NCBI RefSeq assembly: GCF_902713615.1
Contig: NC_052171.1
Span: forward strand, 23,968,324 to 24,032,323
Direction of reading: 5' to 3'
Source of the DNA: Scyliorhinus canicula
Taxonomy: Eukaryota
DNA length: 64,000 nucleotides
Shown: one piece after another, positions 46,666-57,954 of the stretch
How the letters are laid out: each line of letters starts with the position of its first letter
How positions within the stretch are numbered: the stretch's first letter is position 1
Made by a program: the position numbers and the translations under genes
The notes under the pieces: model-generated
Told to the model about the DNA's origin: nothing
The model's database searches: none
What the model saw: the letters and a program-made list of their open reading frames with translations, nothing else

Positions 46666-48849
46666 TCTGCCCCTTGCCTCAGAGGCCTCGGAAATACCTG
46701 CACACCTCGCCACTCACTTGGTAAATTACTTTTCCCATAGAAATCAGTCGGAAATGTCTGTTTCAGACTCTTTACGGTGTTAAAACCTTTTCTTCCAGTT
46801 CACAGTGACAAGGAAACAAGCAATCCTGACGCTGATTGACAATACTTTAGACTGCAGCATCAATCCGCATTTAGATACCAAGGGACCACAGAATTCGGTG
46901 TCAGCATCAGACTAGCTGATCATTCAAGCAGTAAAAAAGGTTGTGATGTTCCTCCTGGGGCAGAAGAGGACAGAATAGAGATTGCTGAAGGTTTTTGAGT
47001 GGTTGGCCATTTCATTCTCTGATGTTGAGTCCACTGACAGTCTGAATGGATCTGTTCACATGGATCAGTGTGTCGTCCGTGCTGTACCTACCCTTGGAGT
47101 GTTTGACGTCACACTGTAGAGGGAATCTGACTTTGTATCTTACATGTGATGTTCCTTCCCAGGGACTTGCTATTAATGAAATGTGCAAAATATATCACAC
47201 CCCCCCCCCCTCCCCCCACCAACCACGACACCCCTAAAAGGGAAAACACAGGGATCTACCCACGCACCAGAAGCACAAACATGCGGGTGCAAATAGAACA
47301 GTTCCAGCTTCTTGTGTCTCACATCAGAAAGTAGAGAGAAAGAGCCAGAGCCAGAGCCTGATGATGTGCTCCCCACTCTCCCGAAATGCTGCTGACAGCA
47401 GTTTCTTATTTATATCCTCTGCTCAACGCAGATGGAGCAGCTGCTAAAAATTGTGCTTTTGCTGCAAATCTTACAGTGATCACCTGCCGAGGGAGGGAGA
47501 CCAAGGAGACAGCAGTGACATTGTCCCCAGCTGTCATCGTGCTGCTCAGAAGATGCTACAGCTGTAAAATGTCAGAGAGGAAAGAGAAGATAATGGACTT
47601 TCTAAACTGGGACTGGGGTGGATCATCCAGACCATAGCTTCCTGGATACTGAGTGGGTGCCTGTTTAGTACATCCCTCCCCATACACAAGGAATCTGATG
47701 CACAGATAGGAATAGAGGCCAAGAGGTTGACAGCCACTGCCTGAAGAACACTGACAGATCCCTCTGAAAGGCACAGCCGCTGGTCCCAAACAAAGGGATC
47801 TTCTCCTCTCTATTTCCCACAGAGGTGCACGTAGAATAATTTGAATTGAAAGTAAACAGGTTTCACAAACAATTGGGCTGATATAAGCCATAGACTGACC
47901 AAGAGGGGTGGGTGCAGAATCCCGGGACTGCGAAGGCACTTCTCCCCTGGGAGCTGAACAGCCTTCAGGCTGAATGGAGAGAAGACTGGGTCCTGCCAAA
48001 TCAGAGTCTGGTTTACTAACAGATAGATTCACGTGAGTACTGTTGTTTCAGAACAGGCAGGAGCTGATTGCTGCCAGCTCTGGAGTCCGACATCCCATTT
48101 CCTCTGCTCGGCAAGCTGAATACTTCAAGAGATAGATATATTGCTACAATGCCAAAAAATACCTCAATAAAATGTTTATTAAAAAAAAAGAGAAGATTGC
48201 TGACAACATTGATGCCTCTTGGCAATTCTGAGCTGAGGAATCCTGGGAACAAGAGCTTGGATGTGTACCCATGACCTGGAGTTGAAAGGCCAAGGTTCAA
48301 TCTCTAACTGGAATGCAGAGATTTAGATCCAGCTGCATTCAAAGCCAGTTTAGTGAGAGGAGAGTTGGACCAATCAAGACTGACTGGTGAAAGGAGGCCT
48401 TTGTGGCCCTGTGTTTTTCTTAGATGGGAACTCAATTCCTGGAGGGACAGGGCAGAGCTGAAACCCATTACTTCAGTTTCTAATTCAAAGAGTTCAGAAC
48501 ATTCTTTCCAATATGTCGTCCACACAGGTCAAGGTTGCCAATTCTGATTGAACATCTGCCAGGAGATTTGGTCACATGGCTAAATGCCGCCATGCTGGTC
48601 ACCTGACACATCTGTCCTGGAGATGCACCTCCCACTTTCCGCACCAATTAGAAATGGTAAGATTTCCCTTTGGCCACATAGATAATTCTCAAGAGTCCAT
48701 CAAATTGTCTTGCTCGCTTCCCCCACTATTTTTATGACTAAAGCAAAATGGCCAATGATTTTTCACCAAGCAATGCCCTGGAGATTAATCTTCAAGTCCT
48801 GGAGACTCCAAAGAAATCCTGGAGGATTGTCAATCTTAATGCAAAGGGA

Positions 48850-49335
48850 GTAAAAGAAAGGCAACTTGAAAGTTCCGAGGAACAAAGGGACCTTGGTGTG
48901 TTGTCCATAGATCTCTGAAGGCAGAAGGGCAGGTTAATAGGGTGGTGGAAAAGGCATGTGGGACACTCGTTTTTATCAATCAGGGCATAGATTACAAAAG
49001 CAGGGAGGCCATGATGGAGCCATATAGCACTTTGGTGAAGCCACAGCTGGAGCACTGTGTGCAATTCTGGTCACCACATTACAGGAAGGATGTGATTGCA
49101 CTGGAGGGGGTGTAGAGGATATTCACCAGGATGTTGCCTGGGTTGGAACATTTAAGTTATGAAGAGAGGTTGGATAGGGTTGTTTTCTCTAGAGCAGAGA
49201 AGACTGAAGGGTGACCTGATCGAAGTGGACAAGATTATGAGGGGCATGGACAGGATGGATAGGGAGCAGATGTTTCCCTTAGTTGAAGTTAAGAGGGGAC
49301 ACAAGTTCAAGGTGAGGCGCAGAAGGTTTAGCGGT
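48850..49335 (+). mobile_element. CR1-type LINE 3' fragment
   Basis: EQRDLGV...LVKPQLEHCVQFWSPHYRKDV..LE.V...GLFSLEQRRLKGDLIEV. Confidence 0.85.
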
Positions 49336-49619
49336 GAATTTGGCAGTTAAAATACTGATTTTCCCAAGCTGAATCCTTCTTTTCCTTTGCATGATGTCCC
49401 GCAGAATATTTGTATCCTGCCCATTGCCCTTTGTCCATAATCGTTCTGCTCTGTTGACCTGGAATGTCTCTCAACATAATGTATCCTGGTCGGTTCTGCC
49501 ATATACATATCGATAGATAGAGAAATACAGCACAGAACAGGCCCTTCGGCCCACGATGTTGCGCCAAACTTTTGTCCTAGGTTAATCATAGAATTTTCTG
49601 CTGGCAAGATCTTCTGGTC

Positions 49620-49880
49620 TCACTAAAGTGCAGAAGGATGCCATTCGGCCCTTCGAGTCTGCACCGACCCTCTGAAAGAGCACCCCACCCAGGACCATTC
49701 CCCCTCCCTCTTCCTTCAACTCCGTAACCCCACCTAACCTTTGGACTGTGGGAGGAAACCGGAGCACCCAGAGGAAACCCACGCGGACAGGTGGAGATGG
49801 TGCAAACTCCACACAGCGTCACCCAAATCGAACCCTGGCGCGGTGATGCAGCAGTGCTAACCACTGTGTCACTATGCCGC
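49620..49880 (-). mobile_element. V-SINE, older copy
   Basis: V-domain and tRNA head. Confidence 0.8.
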
Positions 49881-50039
49881 TCTAATACTGATTGCATTTC
49901 AAAATCAAACATTTCCCCACATGCCATGCCATCACAACTGGTCAGGGTCAGTCTCTTATTGAAATGCCGTGATTGGATTCAAAGAAAGGAAAATGCAATG
50001 GAGCATTACAATTGAACATTCCCTCATCATATACGTGCC

Positions 50040-51750
50040 AAACAGCAGAGCAGCGTGTAGTGATCTCACAATTAACGGATCAGATCTGAGCTCTGCAGTC
50101 CTACCACATCCAGTTGTGGGTGGTGGTGGAGATCATTAAACAACTAACAGGAGGAGGCTCCATGAATATCCCCACCTTCAATGATGGAAGCCCAGCACAC
50201 CAGTGCAAAGGCCAATACACTTGCAACTATCTTCAACCAAACATCTCACGGGGATGATCCATTTCGGCCTCCTCCAGATGTCACCAGCACAGATGCCAGC
50301 ATTCAGCCAATTCAATCTGCCCCACGCGGTATCAAGAAACAACTGAAGGCACTGGATACTGCCAAGGCTATGGGCCCTGATACCATTCTGGCAAAAATAC
50401 TAAACACCTGAGCTGCAGAACGAGCTCTTAGCCAAGTTGTTCGGGTACAATTACAGTTACAGAATTCTACCCAGCAACATGGAGAATTGCCCAGGCATGT
50501 CCTATATATAAAAGGCAGGACAAATTCAACCTGACCAATTCCTACTCCATCAGTCTCCTCTCGATGAGCAGTGAAGTGATGGGCGGGATCCTCAGCAGTA
50601 ATATCAGGCAGCACTTACTCAGTAATATCCCGCTCACTGATGCTCAGTTCTGGTTCTGCCACAGCCACTTGGCTGCTGATTGCATTACCGCCATTGGTCC
50701 AAACATGAACAAATGAATGAAACAGGTGATATGAGTGTGCCCTTGACATCAAGGCAGCATTTGATTGTGTATGTCATCAAGGAGCCCTAGCAAAAAAGGA
50801 GTCAATGGAAATAAGGGAGAAAACTGTCCACTGGTTACCTAACGCAAAGCAAGATGGTTGTGGTGGTTGAAAGTCAATCATTTTAGCCCCAGGAGTTCCT
50901 CAGAGTAGTGCCCTTGGCCCAAACGTCTTCAGCTGCTTCACCAATGACCTTCCTTCACCATTTAAAAAAAATTTTAGATTACCCAATTATTTTTTCCAAT
51001 TAAGGGGCAATTTAGTGTGGCCAATCCACCTACTCTGCACATTTTTGGGTTGTGGGGGCGAAACCCACGCAGACACGGGGAGAATGTGCAAACTCCACAC
51101 GGACAGTGACCCAGAGCCGGGATCGAACCTGGGACCTCAGCGCCGTGAGGCAGCTGTGCTAACCACTAGGCCACCGTGCTGCCCTGACCTTCCTTCATCA
51201 TAAGGTCAGAAGTGGGGATGTTTGCTGGTAATTGCACAATGTTCAGCACCATTTGTAATATGTCAGATAATGCAGCACTATGTGTCCATATGCAGCAAGA
51301 CCTGGAGAATATTCGGGCTTGGTCTGACAAGTGGCAAGTTACATTTGTGCCATATAAGTGCCAGGCAATGACTATCTCCAGCACGAGAGAATCTAATCAT
51401 CTACCCTTGACATCCTGGAGGTTAGCATTGACCAGAAACTGGACTAAACTAGCCACAAAACACTGTGGCTATAAGGGCAGGTCAGAGGCTGAGAGTTTTG
51501 CAGCGAGCAACTCACCTCCTGACTCTCCAAAGCCTGTCCACCATCTACAAGGCACAAGTCAGGAGTGTGATGGAATACTCTCCACTTGCCTGGATGAGTG
51601 CAGCTCCAACAACACTCAAGATGCTCAACACCATCCAGGACAAAGCAGCCCCGCTTGACTGGATTGCCATCCATGAACTTAAGCATTTACTCTCTTCACC
51701 ACTGATACAGCCAGCAGCCGTGTGTGCCAACTACAAGATGGAGCCATTCA
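50040..51750 (+). mobile_element. Non-LTR retrotransposon RT remnant (CR1/L2-group), interrupted by a SINE
   Basis: KAMGPD.I, PISLLS, ALDIKAAFD, GVPQ.S.LGP..F..F.NDLP, MFA, QQDL..I..W...WQV.F, YKAQVRSVMEY. Confidence 0.8.
50962..51184 (-). mobile_element. Short V-SINE with TSD
   Basis: Flanked by TGACCTTCCTTCA(C/T)CAT at 50945 and 51185. Confidence 0.9.
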
Positions 51751-52674
51751 CCAAACATTCGCCAACAGTATCCCCCACCCCCACCCCAAACCATATGGTT
51801 GGCAGAGGTTCAAGAATGCAGCTCACAGCCACATTCTCAAGGGCAATTGCGGATGGGAAATGGCACCCACATCATGTTTTAAAAAATATAAAAGCCTTCC
51901 TTCCTCATGAGATCTAAGCAGAGAGGGGAAAAGGAAATCAGAAAGATATTTCAAGAACCTGAACATTTCTTCTCTGGCCCCTCAAGTGATCATTAATCAC
52001 TTAAATGTTTCCTGCCATTTAACAAAAAAGGTGCATTCCATGAGGGTCACATTCATGGGTAAACTGTCGTACCTAAATTATTTTTGGCATGGGTGCCAAA
52101 GGATTTAACAGCATTGTAACGATTATTCCTCCACTTGCAACTGGACAAGTCCATTTCCAATTCCCCCCTCCACGTATCTCTACTCTTTACTGTCAACTAC
52201 AGAACGTCTGATCCAGGCAGTTATCCCTTGCATCCCAAGGAGCATTCACAGGAGCATTATCAGATCAAACTTGGCACTGAGCCACATTAACCAATATTAG
52301 GACAGACTGTCAAATGCTTGGTCTACGAATGTATTTTAATGAGCGTCTTAAAGATGGTGAGAGTCCCAGTGAGACAGAGAGGTTTGTGTAAGGAGTTACA
52401 AGGTTAGGGTTTGAGCCTCGGTAGCTGAAGCCTCAGCTGCAATGTCGAATGAAGGAAATCGGGAATGCGTGAGATGTTGATTCAACTCTACTTCGGTTTT
52501 ACCACAAAATCTTTAAAGACAGTGGATTTCAAGGTTTGACTGATGCTTATCTTGTCTTTGGGAGGTTAAGTATCAGCTGTCCAACAGGTTGACAAGATTA
52601 ACAAGGCAAAACCAGCAATCGATATTTTAATGGGATTGCAGATGGACAGTGGCCTCATCTTTACCCAGTGGAAG

Positions 52675-53018
52675 ATAGAACAGTACAGCACAGAACAGGC
52701 CCTTCGGCCCTCAATGTTGTGCCGAGCCCTGATCACCCTACTCAAACCCCACGTATCCACCCTATACCCGTAACCCAACAACCCCCCCCCCCCCCCCCTT
52801 ACTTTTATTAGGACACTACGGGCAATTTAGCATGGCCAATCCACCTAACCCGCACATCTTTGGACTGTGGGAGGAAACCGGAGCACCCGGAGGAAACCCA
52901 CGCACACAGGGGGAGGACGTGCAGACTCCGCACAGACAGTGACCCAGCCGGGAATCGAACCTGGGACGCTGGAGCTGTGAAGCATTTATGCTAACCACCA
53001 TGCTACCCTGCTGCCCCC
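52675..53018 (-). mobile_element. V-SINE (HE1-like), ~40 bp downstream of an ARID5 splice donor
   Basis: Full head, V-domain, tail. Confidence 0.9.
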
Positions 53019-53059
53019 AGATAATCCTGAATTGGTGCTGAATAGAAAGATTTACTTAC

Positions 53060-53112
53060 TGCTTCGTAACCACCCAGCTTCTCGACTGCTTTGTACAGCG
53101 TCAATAGGTTAA
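53060..53112 (-). CDS. ARID5-family exon (ARID domain)
   Basis: ttacag|TT...GCA|gtaagt, 53 nt. (V)NLLTLYKAVEKLGGYEA. Confidence 0.93.
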
Positions 53113-53419
53113 CTGTAAAGAGAAAAAGATTCACAATGTCAGCAAGATTCAAAACGTCCAATCTGGTGAATTGCAAAATGATGAAAAGTCACGCAGTTCA
53201 CCTTGTATCGTCCATGCAGCAGGAGTTTACAGAAATTCTGGGACAATTTATAATCTGATTTAGACCTGGCCCTCCAGGAGAACTCTCGGTCCCTCCTATC
53301 CGTTCTCACAAGCCTGGCCTTCAATTCCAGGCCCACATCAGTGGGACATGGAATATTAATTGTAATTCAGAGCAATGGGGATGGATAATAAATTCCACCG
53401 GTAAGATCAAATATCAGCC

Positions 53420-53850
53420 TTGGCTCTGGGTGGCATTCTTTCCTCTGAGTCGACGGATGTGAATTCAAGGCCTCCTCTCAAGTGATTTAAACCCATAACC
53501 TATGCTAACACTCCCTGAGCAGCACTGAGGGAGTGCTGCACAGTTTGAGGTGTCTTCTTTTGGATGAGATGTCAAACTAAGGGCCCTGGCTCCCATCTCA
53601 ATAGAAGAAAGATCACACGATACTATTCATAGAAGAACATTCTTTGTGCCCTGAACAATGTTCATCCCCAAACCAACATTCAAAACAGATAATTATCAGA
53701 TTCTATTATGGAATCTTGCTGTGCGCAAATGGGCTTCTGTGTTTCCTATCTTGCAATAGGACCTACACTTCAAAAGTACTACATTGGGTGTAAAGTGTTA
53801 TGGGTTGTCCTGAGGTTGGGAAAGGTGCTGAATAAATGCAAATCTTTTTA
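53420..53850 (+). mobile_element. Deu-domain SINE, degenerate
   Basis: CACTGAGGGAGTGCTGCACAGTTTGAGGTGTCTTCTTTTGGATGAGATGTCAAAC, with an L2-like 3' tail (...ATAAATGCAAATCTTTT). Confidence 0.6.
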
Positions 53851-54009
53851 CTTTTTCATTGGGTTTGTGATGGAAGCATTGTCCGTCCAATGCAGAGAGA
53901 TATATCTCAATCTGCGACGCTGCCCTATCTTCTCAGCATCTGGACTGACAGGCAGCTCCTGCAAATCCAGTGGCTTCCAACCATTACTCAAAGGATGGAT
54001 GAAACTCAC

Positions 54010-54199
54010 CTTGCTTAAACCCCAAGTGCGGGATTCTCTCGATGGGAGTGCCCCTCTCCTTCATAAACTTGTACAGATCAACAAGGAAGTTCTGCTGCCC
54101 CAAGTCGCTGGGCGCCAGATCCTTCACCTCGAGGATCTCTCCATCCATTCCACTGTCCTCTACCAGTGCAGTGGGAAATTCTTTCAATTCGCATTGCAT
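54010..54199 (-). CDS. ARID5-family exon (start of ARID domain)
   Basis: ttccag|ATG...G|gtgagt, 190 nt. QQNFLVDLYKFMKERGTPIERIPHLGFKQ. The five exons total 2325 nt in frame. The true start may lie in an upstream exon. Confidence 0.93.
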
Positions 54200-56287
54200 C
54201 TGGAACGGGAAAAGAGCAGAAGGGATGAGCTGAGCCAGTTCTCATCGGCAGAGTGTTGCAACACCAAGGGCAGATAGAGGATAAAGAATATAATCTCAAA
54301 TCAGCTGATTACATGTGGAAGAGCGGATACTGGAGAGTTACAGACATTTTGAATACGAGCTGCACCTCACCACATGGATGATCAGTTCCATGTATCTGTG
54401 CAGTCAATCTCCATTCTGATTAGCTGTTATTCGGTGACTGAACGGATGAGGGGGAACCAGATACCAGGGACACTCAATGGAGCGAGAGGGAAGATCTTCA
54501 CTGGTTGTCAATGGAAGCCAAAAGCTGGATTTTGTGCAGCACCCACTTCCACTCTTGACCTTCAACCCAATGGGCATCATGGAAGTCAGGATACTCACCC
54601 TGCCACATGGTGGGGAGTTATGGCGAAGGGAATGAGATTTATCAAGGCAGTCTGTAATGCTGTGATATTTGAACAAAGAACTTGGCAGTATTGTGTAACT
54701 GGCTGTTGAAGGAATAAACACTGTGCTTTTCTCAAGCTCAAAGACAACAAGGAAATGAACAGAAACAGTTTCCATTTACCACGTCTTATCCATTAAACGC
54801 CTTGGTTTCCGAGTTTTTAAATCATCATAGCATCAAATATTACCTCAAAAGTCAAGGCGACCACTGAAACTGCCTGGTCTTTCACATTACGTGTTCTTGA
54901 ATTCCGAAGTTACACTTTGTGGTGAAAAACAAACATGTCTTTCACGCGTGTGATTACAGGAAATGTAACTGCTAGGCAGTAAGTACCTCAGCCTGGAGAT
55001 CTGGTGATTATCCAAGTCAGCAGTGATAATGCCTGAAGCAGCAAGATCTCGTCCGTTACAATAGATAGTCCTCAAAAACCTTCCTTCCAGTCTGGGCTCT
55101 ACATTAGAATCAGAAAGATAGTGAAAAGACTGTGTTCAGCTTTTTTATTCTTCTTTATTTCTCAAGCACAGTTAGAGATGAGCAATAAATGTTGCCTAGT
55201 CAGTGATACCTGCATCCCATGAATGAATAAAACAAAAACATTTTTGAGTTGCTTCCTTTGGGAAAATCATGAAGAGAACACCAGACGATGTATCCATCAG
55301 TCACAGCTTTCAGGTGCAGTCCCATTTCCAATTTCAGTCAGTTAATCCCAAACCTTCAATGACATTGGAAAATCTACCACATTGACTGAAAACCCTCCCT
55401 CCCCATCACCCAAATTGATTCCAAACTAATCCCACTGCCTTGCTCTCCCCACTGCCCTGTACCTTTCTCTGCACAAGTTGGTTTCTGGGCTTCAAGTAAT
55501 TATCCACTTATCCTTCAATAGTTGCAATGGTCTCTGCCTAAACACCGTTTGTGGCTAAGCATTCATTTGCCAACTCGGGGTAAAGAAATTTCTTCTAACT
55601 TTTCCTCACTCTCAGTGACAATCTTAAAAAACCCTCTTGAATGACTCCCAAACAGAAGAAAGCTTGCATTCACTGGATATTGAATGCCCCAAGAATGTGT
55701 CTCCTCCAAACCCTGTAAATTAATCACATCTCTTCACTCCAACTTGACCCGTCCCCTGCCCGACTTCAATTCAAGCTTTATTCAGTGTCCTCCAAACTCT
55801 CCCCCAATCTCATTTCAGTTTTATCCCATCTCTGCCACACACACACACATAAATTCACTCCAGTTTAACCCTGTTTTCTCCATGTTCCCTCCCCAACCAA
55901 TCTCTGAAACAGGAGGGCAGGAAGAGATCAGTGAACCCTCAAACGGAGGAAGGGGGTGTGGAAGGTCTCCATAGTGTTGTCCTGAAACCCCAGCTCTCCC
56001 ATACCCGAGTGGGTCCAGTTTCCCCGTTCACTGTGTCAGCTCAAATGTTCACCCAGTTACAAAGAACAGCAAAACGGAGGAGCCCAGGAAAAGAAGACGT
56101 GCATTTCACCGTCTCGGGATAATCTAAAACCTTTCAGTCAGTTAAGGAATTTTAACATGTTGTCACCGCTGTCACTCAGGCTAATGAAGCAGCCAATTAA
56201 AGAGTCTGTTTATTGGAACAGGAATGTTAATCTTCACAAATATAGGGTGGAAATTTGTCTGGAGACCCATTTGATCTTCACAGATAT

Positions 56288-56632
56288 TAGAACATAGAAC
56301 AGTACAGCACAGAACAGGCCCTTCGGCCCTCGATGTTGTGCCGAGCAATGATCACCTTACTCAAACCCACGTATCCACCCTATACCCGTAACCCAACAAC
56401 CCCCCCCCCACCTTACTTTTTTTTAGGACACTACGGGCAATTTAGCATGGCCAATCCACCTAACCCGCACATCTTTGGACTGTGGGAGGAAACCGGAGCA
56501 CCCGGAGGAAACCCACGCACACACGGGGAGGACGTGCAGACTCCGCACAGACAGTGACCCAGCCAGGAATCGAACCTGGGACCCTGGAGCTGTGAAGCAT
56601 TTATGCTAACCACCATGCTACCCTGCTGCCCC
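56288..56632 (-). mobile_element. V-SINE (HE1-like)
   Basis: Full head, V-domain, tail. Confidence 0.9.
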
Positions 56633-57724
56633 ACGGTATTGGGTCGCGTTATTCCGGATCAAGACTAACTTTTTTGTACAAGAACAGGTAGGATGCAGGA
56701 CCCTTCACTGCCACATTGCTTTCTACCCTCCCAACAGCCAACAAACAAAAACTCATTCCTACCCCTGATGCTTTGGCAGATATACATCCTTCCTCCCCTA
56801 CCTACTGCAAGAGACAAATATTGAGACAGACACCTCACAAACAGCAAGAACCACAAAGAGACACAGGCACATTCAACACATCTGTTCACAGACAATTATC
56901 TCACCGTTGCTTTGTCAAATACATACTGTAGAATTTCCCTTTATTAGTCATTTCCTCTTTGGAAAATGAAAGATAAAAGTACAGAAATACAACGGTGCTA
57001 GTTTCTAAACACACTGCACATTTTCTGCATCATTTAAGGTCATCATAACTTTTTAAACTCAAGTATTCAAAATCACAGCTGTCACTTAACCAACATGCGG
57101 CCTTGTTGAAAGCATGGCTCATTGATTAGAAATGATAACTGTTTAGCCTCTCAGCACATCTCCTTCTGATCAGAATGTACCTGACTGGTCTCCAAACCTG
57201 CACACAGTATTACTCAATTCTCAATACCGACTTCTTTATATTTCCCTCAGCAGTGTTGCATCTGGTAATGATTAATGATTCAGCCCGTTTATCTGCTGAG
57301 ACAACTATTGAGAAGGTCATCTCAGACTTCCTGCTGAAGTACAACTGAAGATTACAATTTCTGTCTGCTCCTTCAATAACCCCCCCTCCCTCACCGTCAA
57401 TTCGCGGACCTCACAATATGTATTCTCTTTCACCGTCGGAATTGCAGCACAAAAACAGGATATTCCTTCCGACTGGTCAGATGCTCTACACAAGCCTTCA
57501 TGGCCGCAATTTTCCGGCCATTGGGAGCACACCCCTGTCTGCGGGTTTCCTGACGTCGTGGGGTAGCTTCGATGGGAGATCTCACTGACAAGCAGCGGGT
57601 GTACAGAATTCCACCGCCAGCAAACGGCGCAGCGCCAAGAAACACGCGACTGGGGCATTGGTGAACCAGCCCCATGTCACCCCAATTTCACTTCTCTGAC
57701 TTTTCCCCAGCTCTGTAACCTTTC

Positions 57725-57954
57725 GGGCAGCACGGTGGCTCAGTGGGTTAGCCCTGCAGCCTCACGGCACCGAGGTCCCAGGTTCGATCCCGACTCCGGG
57801 TCACTGTCCGTGTGGAGTTTGCACATTCTCCCCGTGTCTGCGTGGGCTTCGCCCCCACAACCCAAAAGATGTGCCGGGTAGGTGGATTGGCCACGCTAAA
57901 TTGCCCCTTAATTTTAAAAAAATGAATCAGGTACACTAAATTTCTAAAAAAAAA
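57725..57954 (+). mobile_element. Short V-SINE with poly-A tail and 16-bp TSD
   Basis: AGCTCTGTAACCTTTC at 57709-57724 and 57955-57970. Confidence 0.92.

Noticed and set aside
54599-55098. Upstream coding exons of ARID5 (donors at ~54599 and ~54987)
   Set aside because: Their open frames end in phase 1 or 2, incompatible with the phase-0 acceptor at 54199, and there is no recognisable homology.
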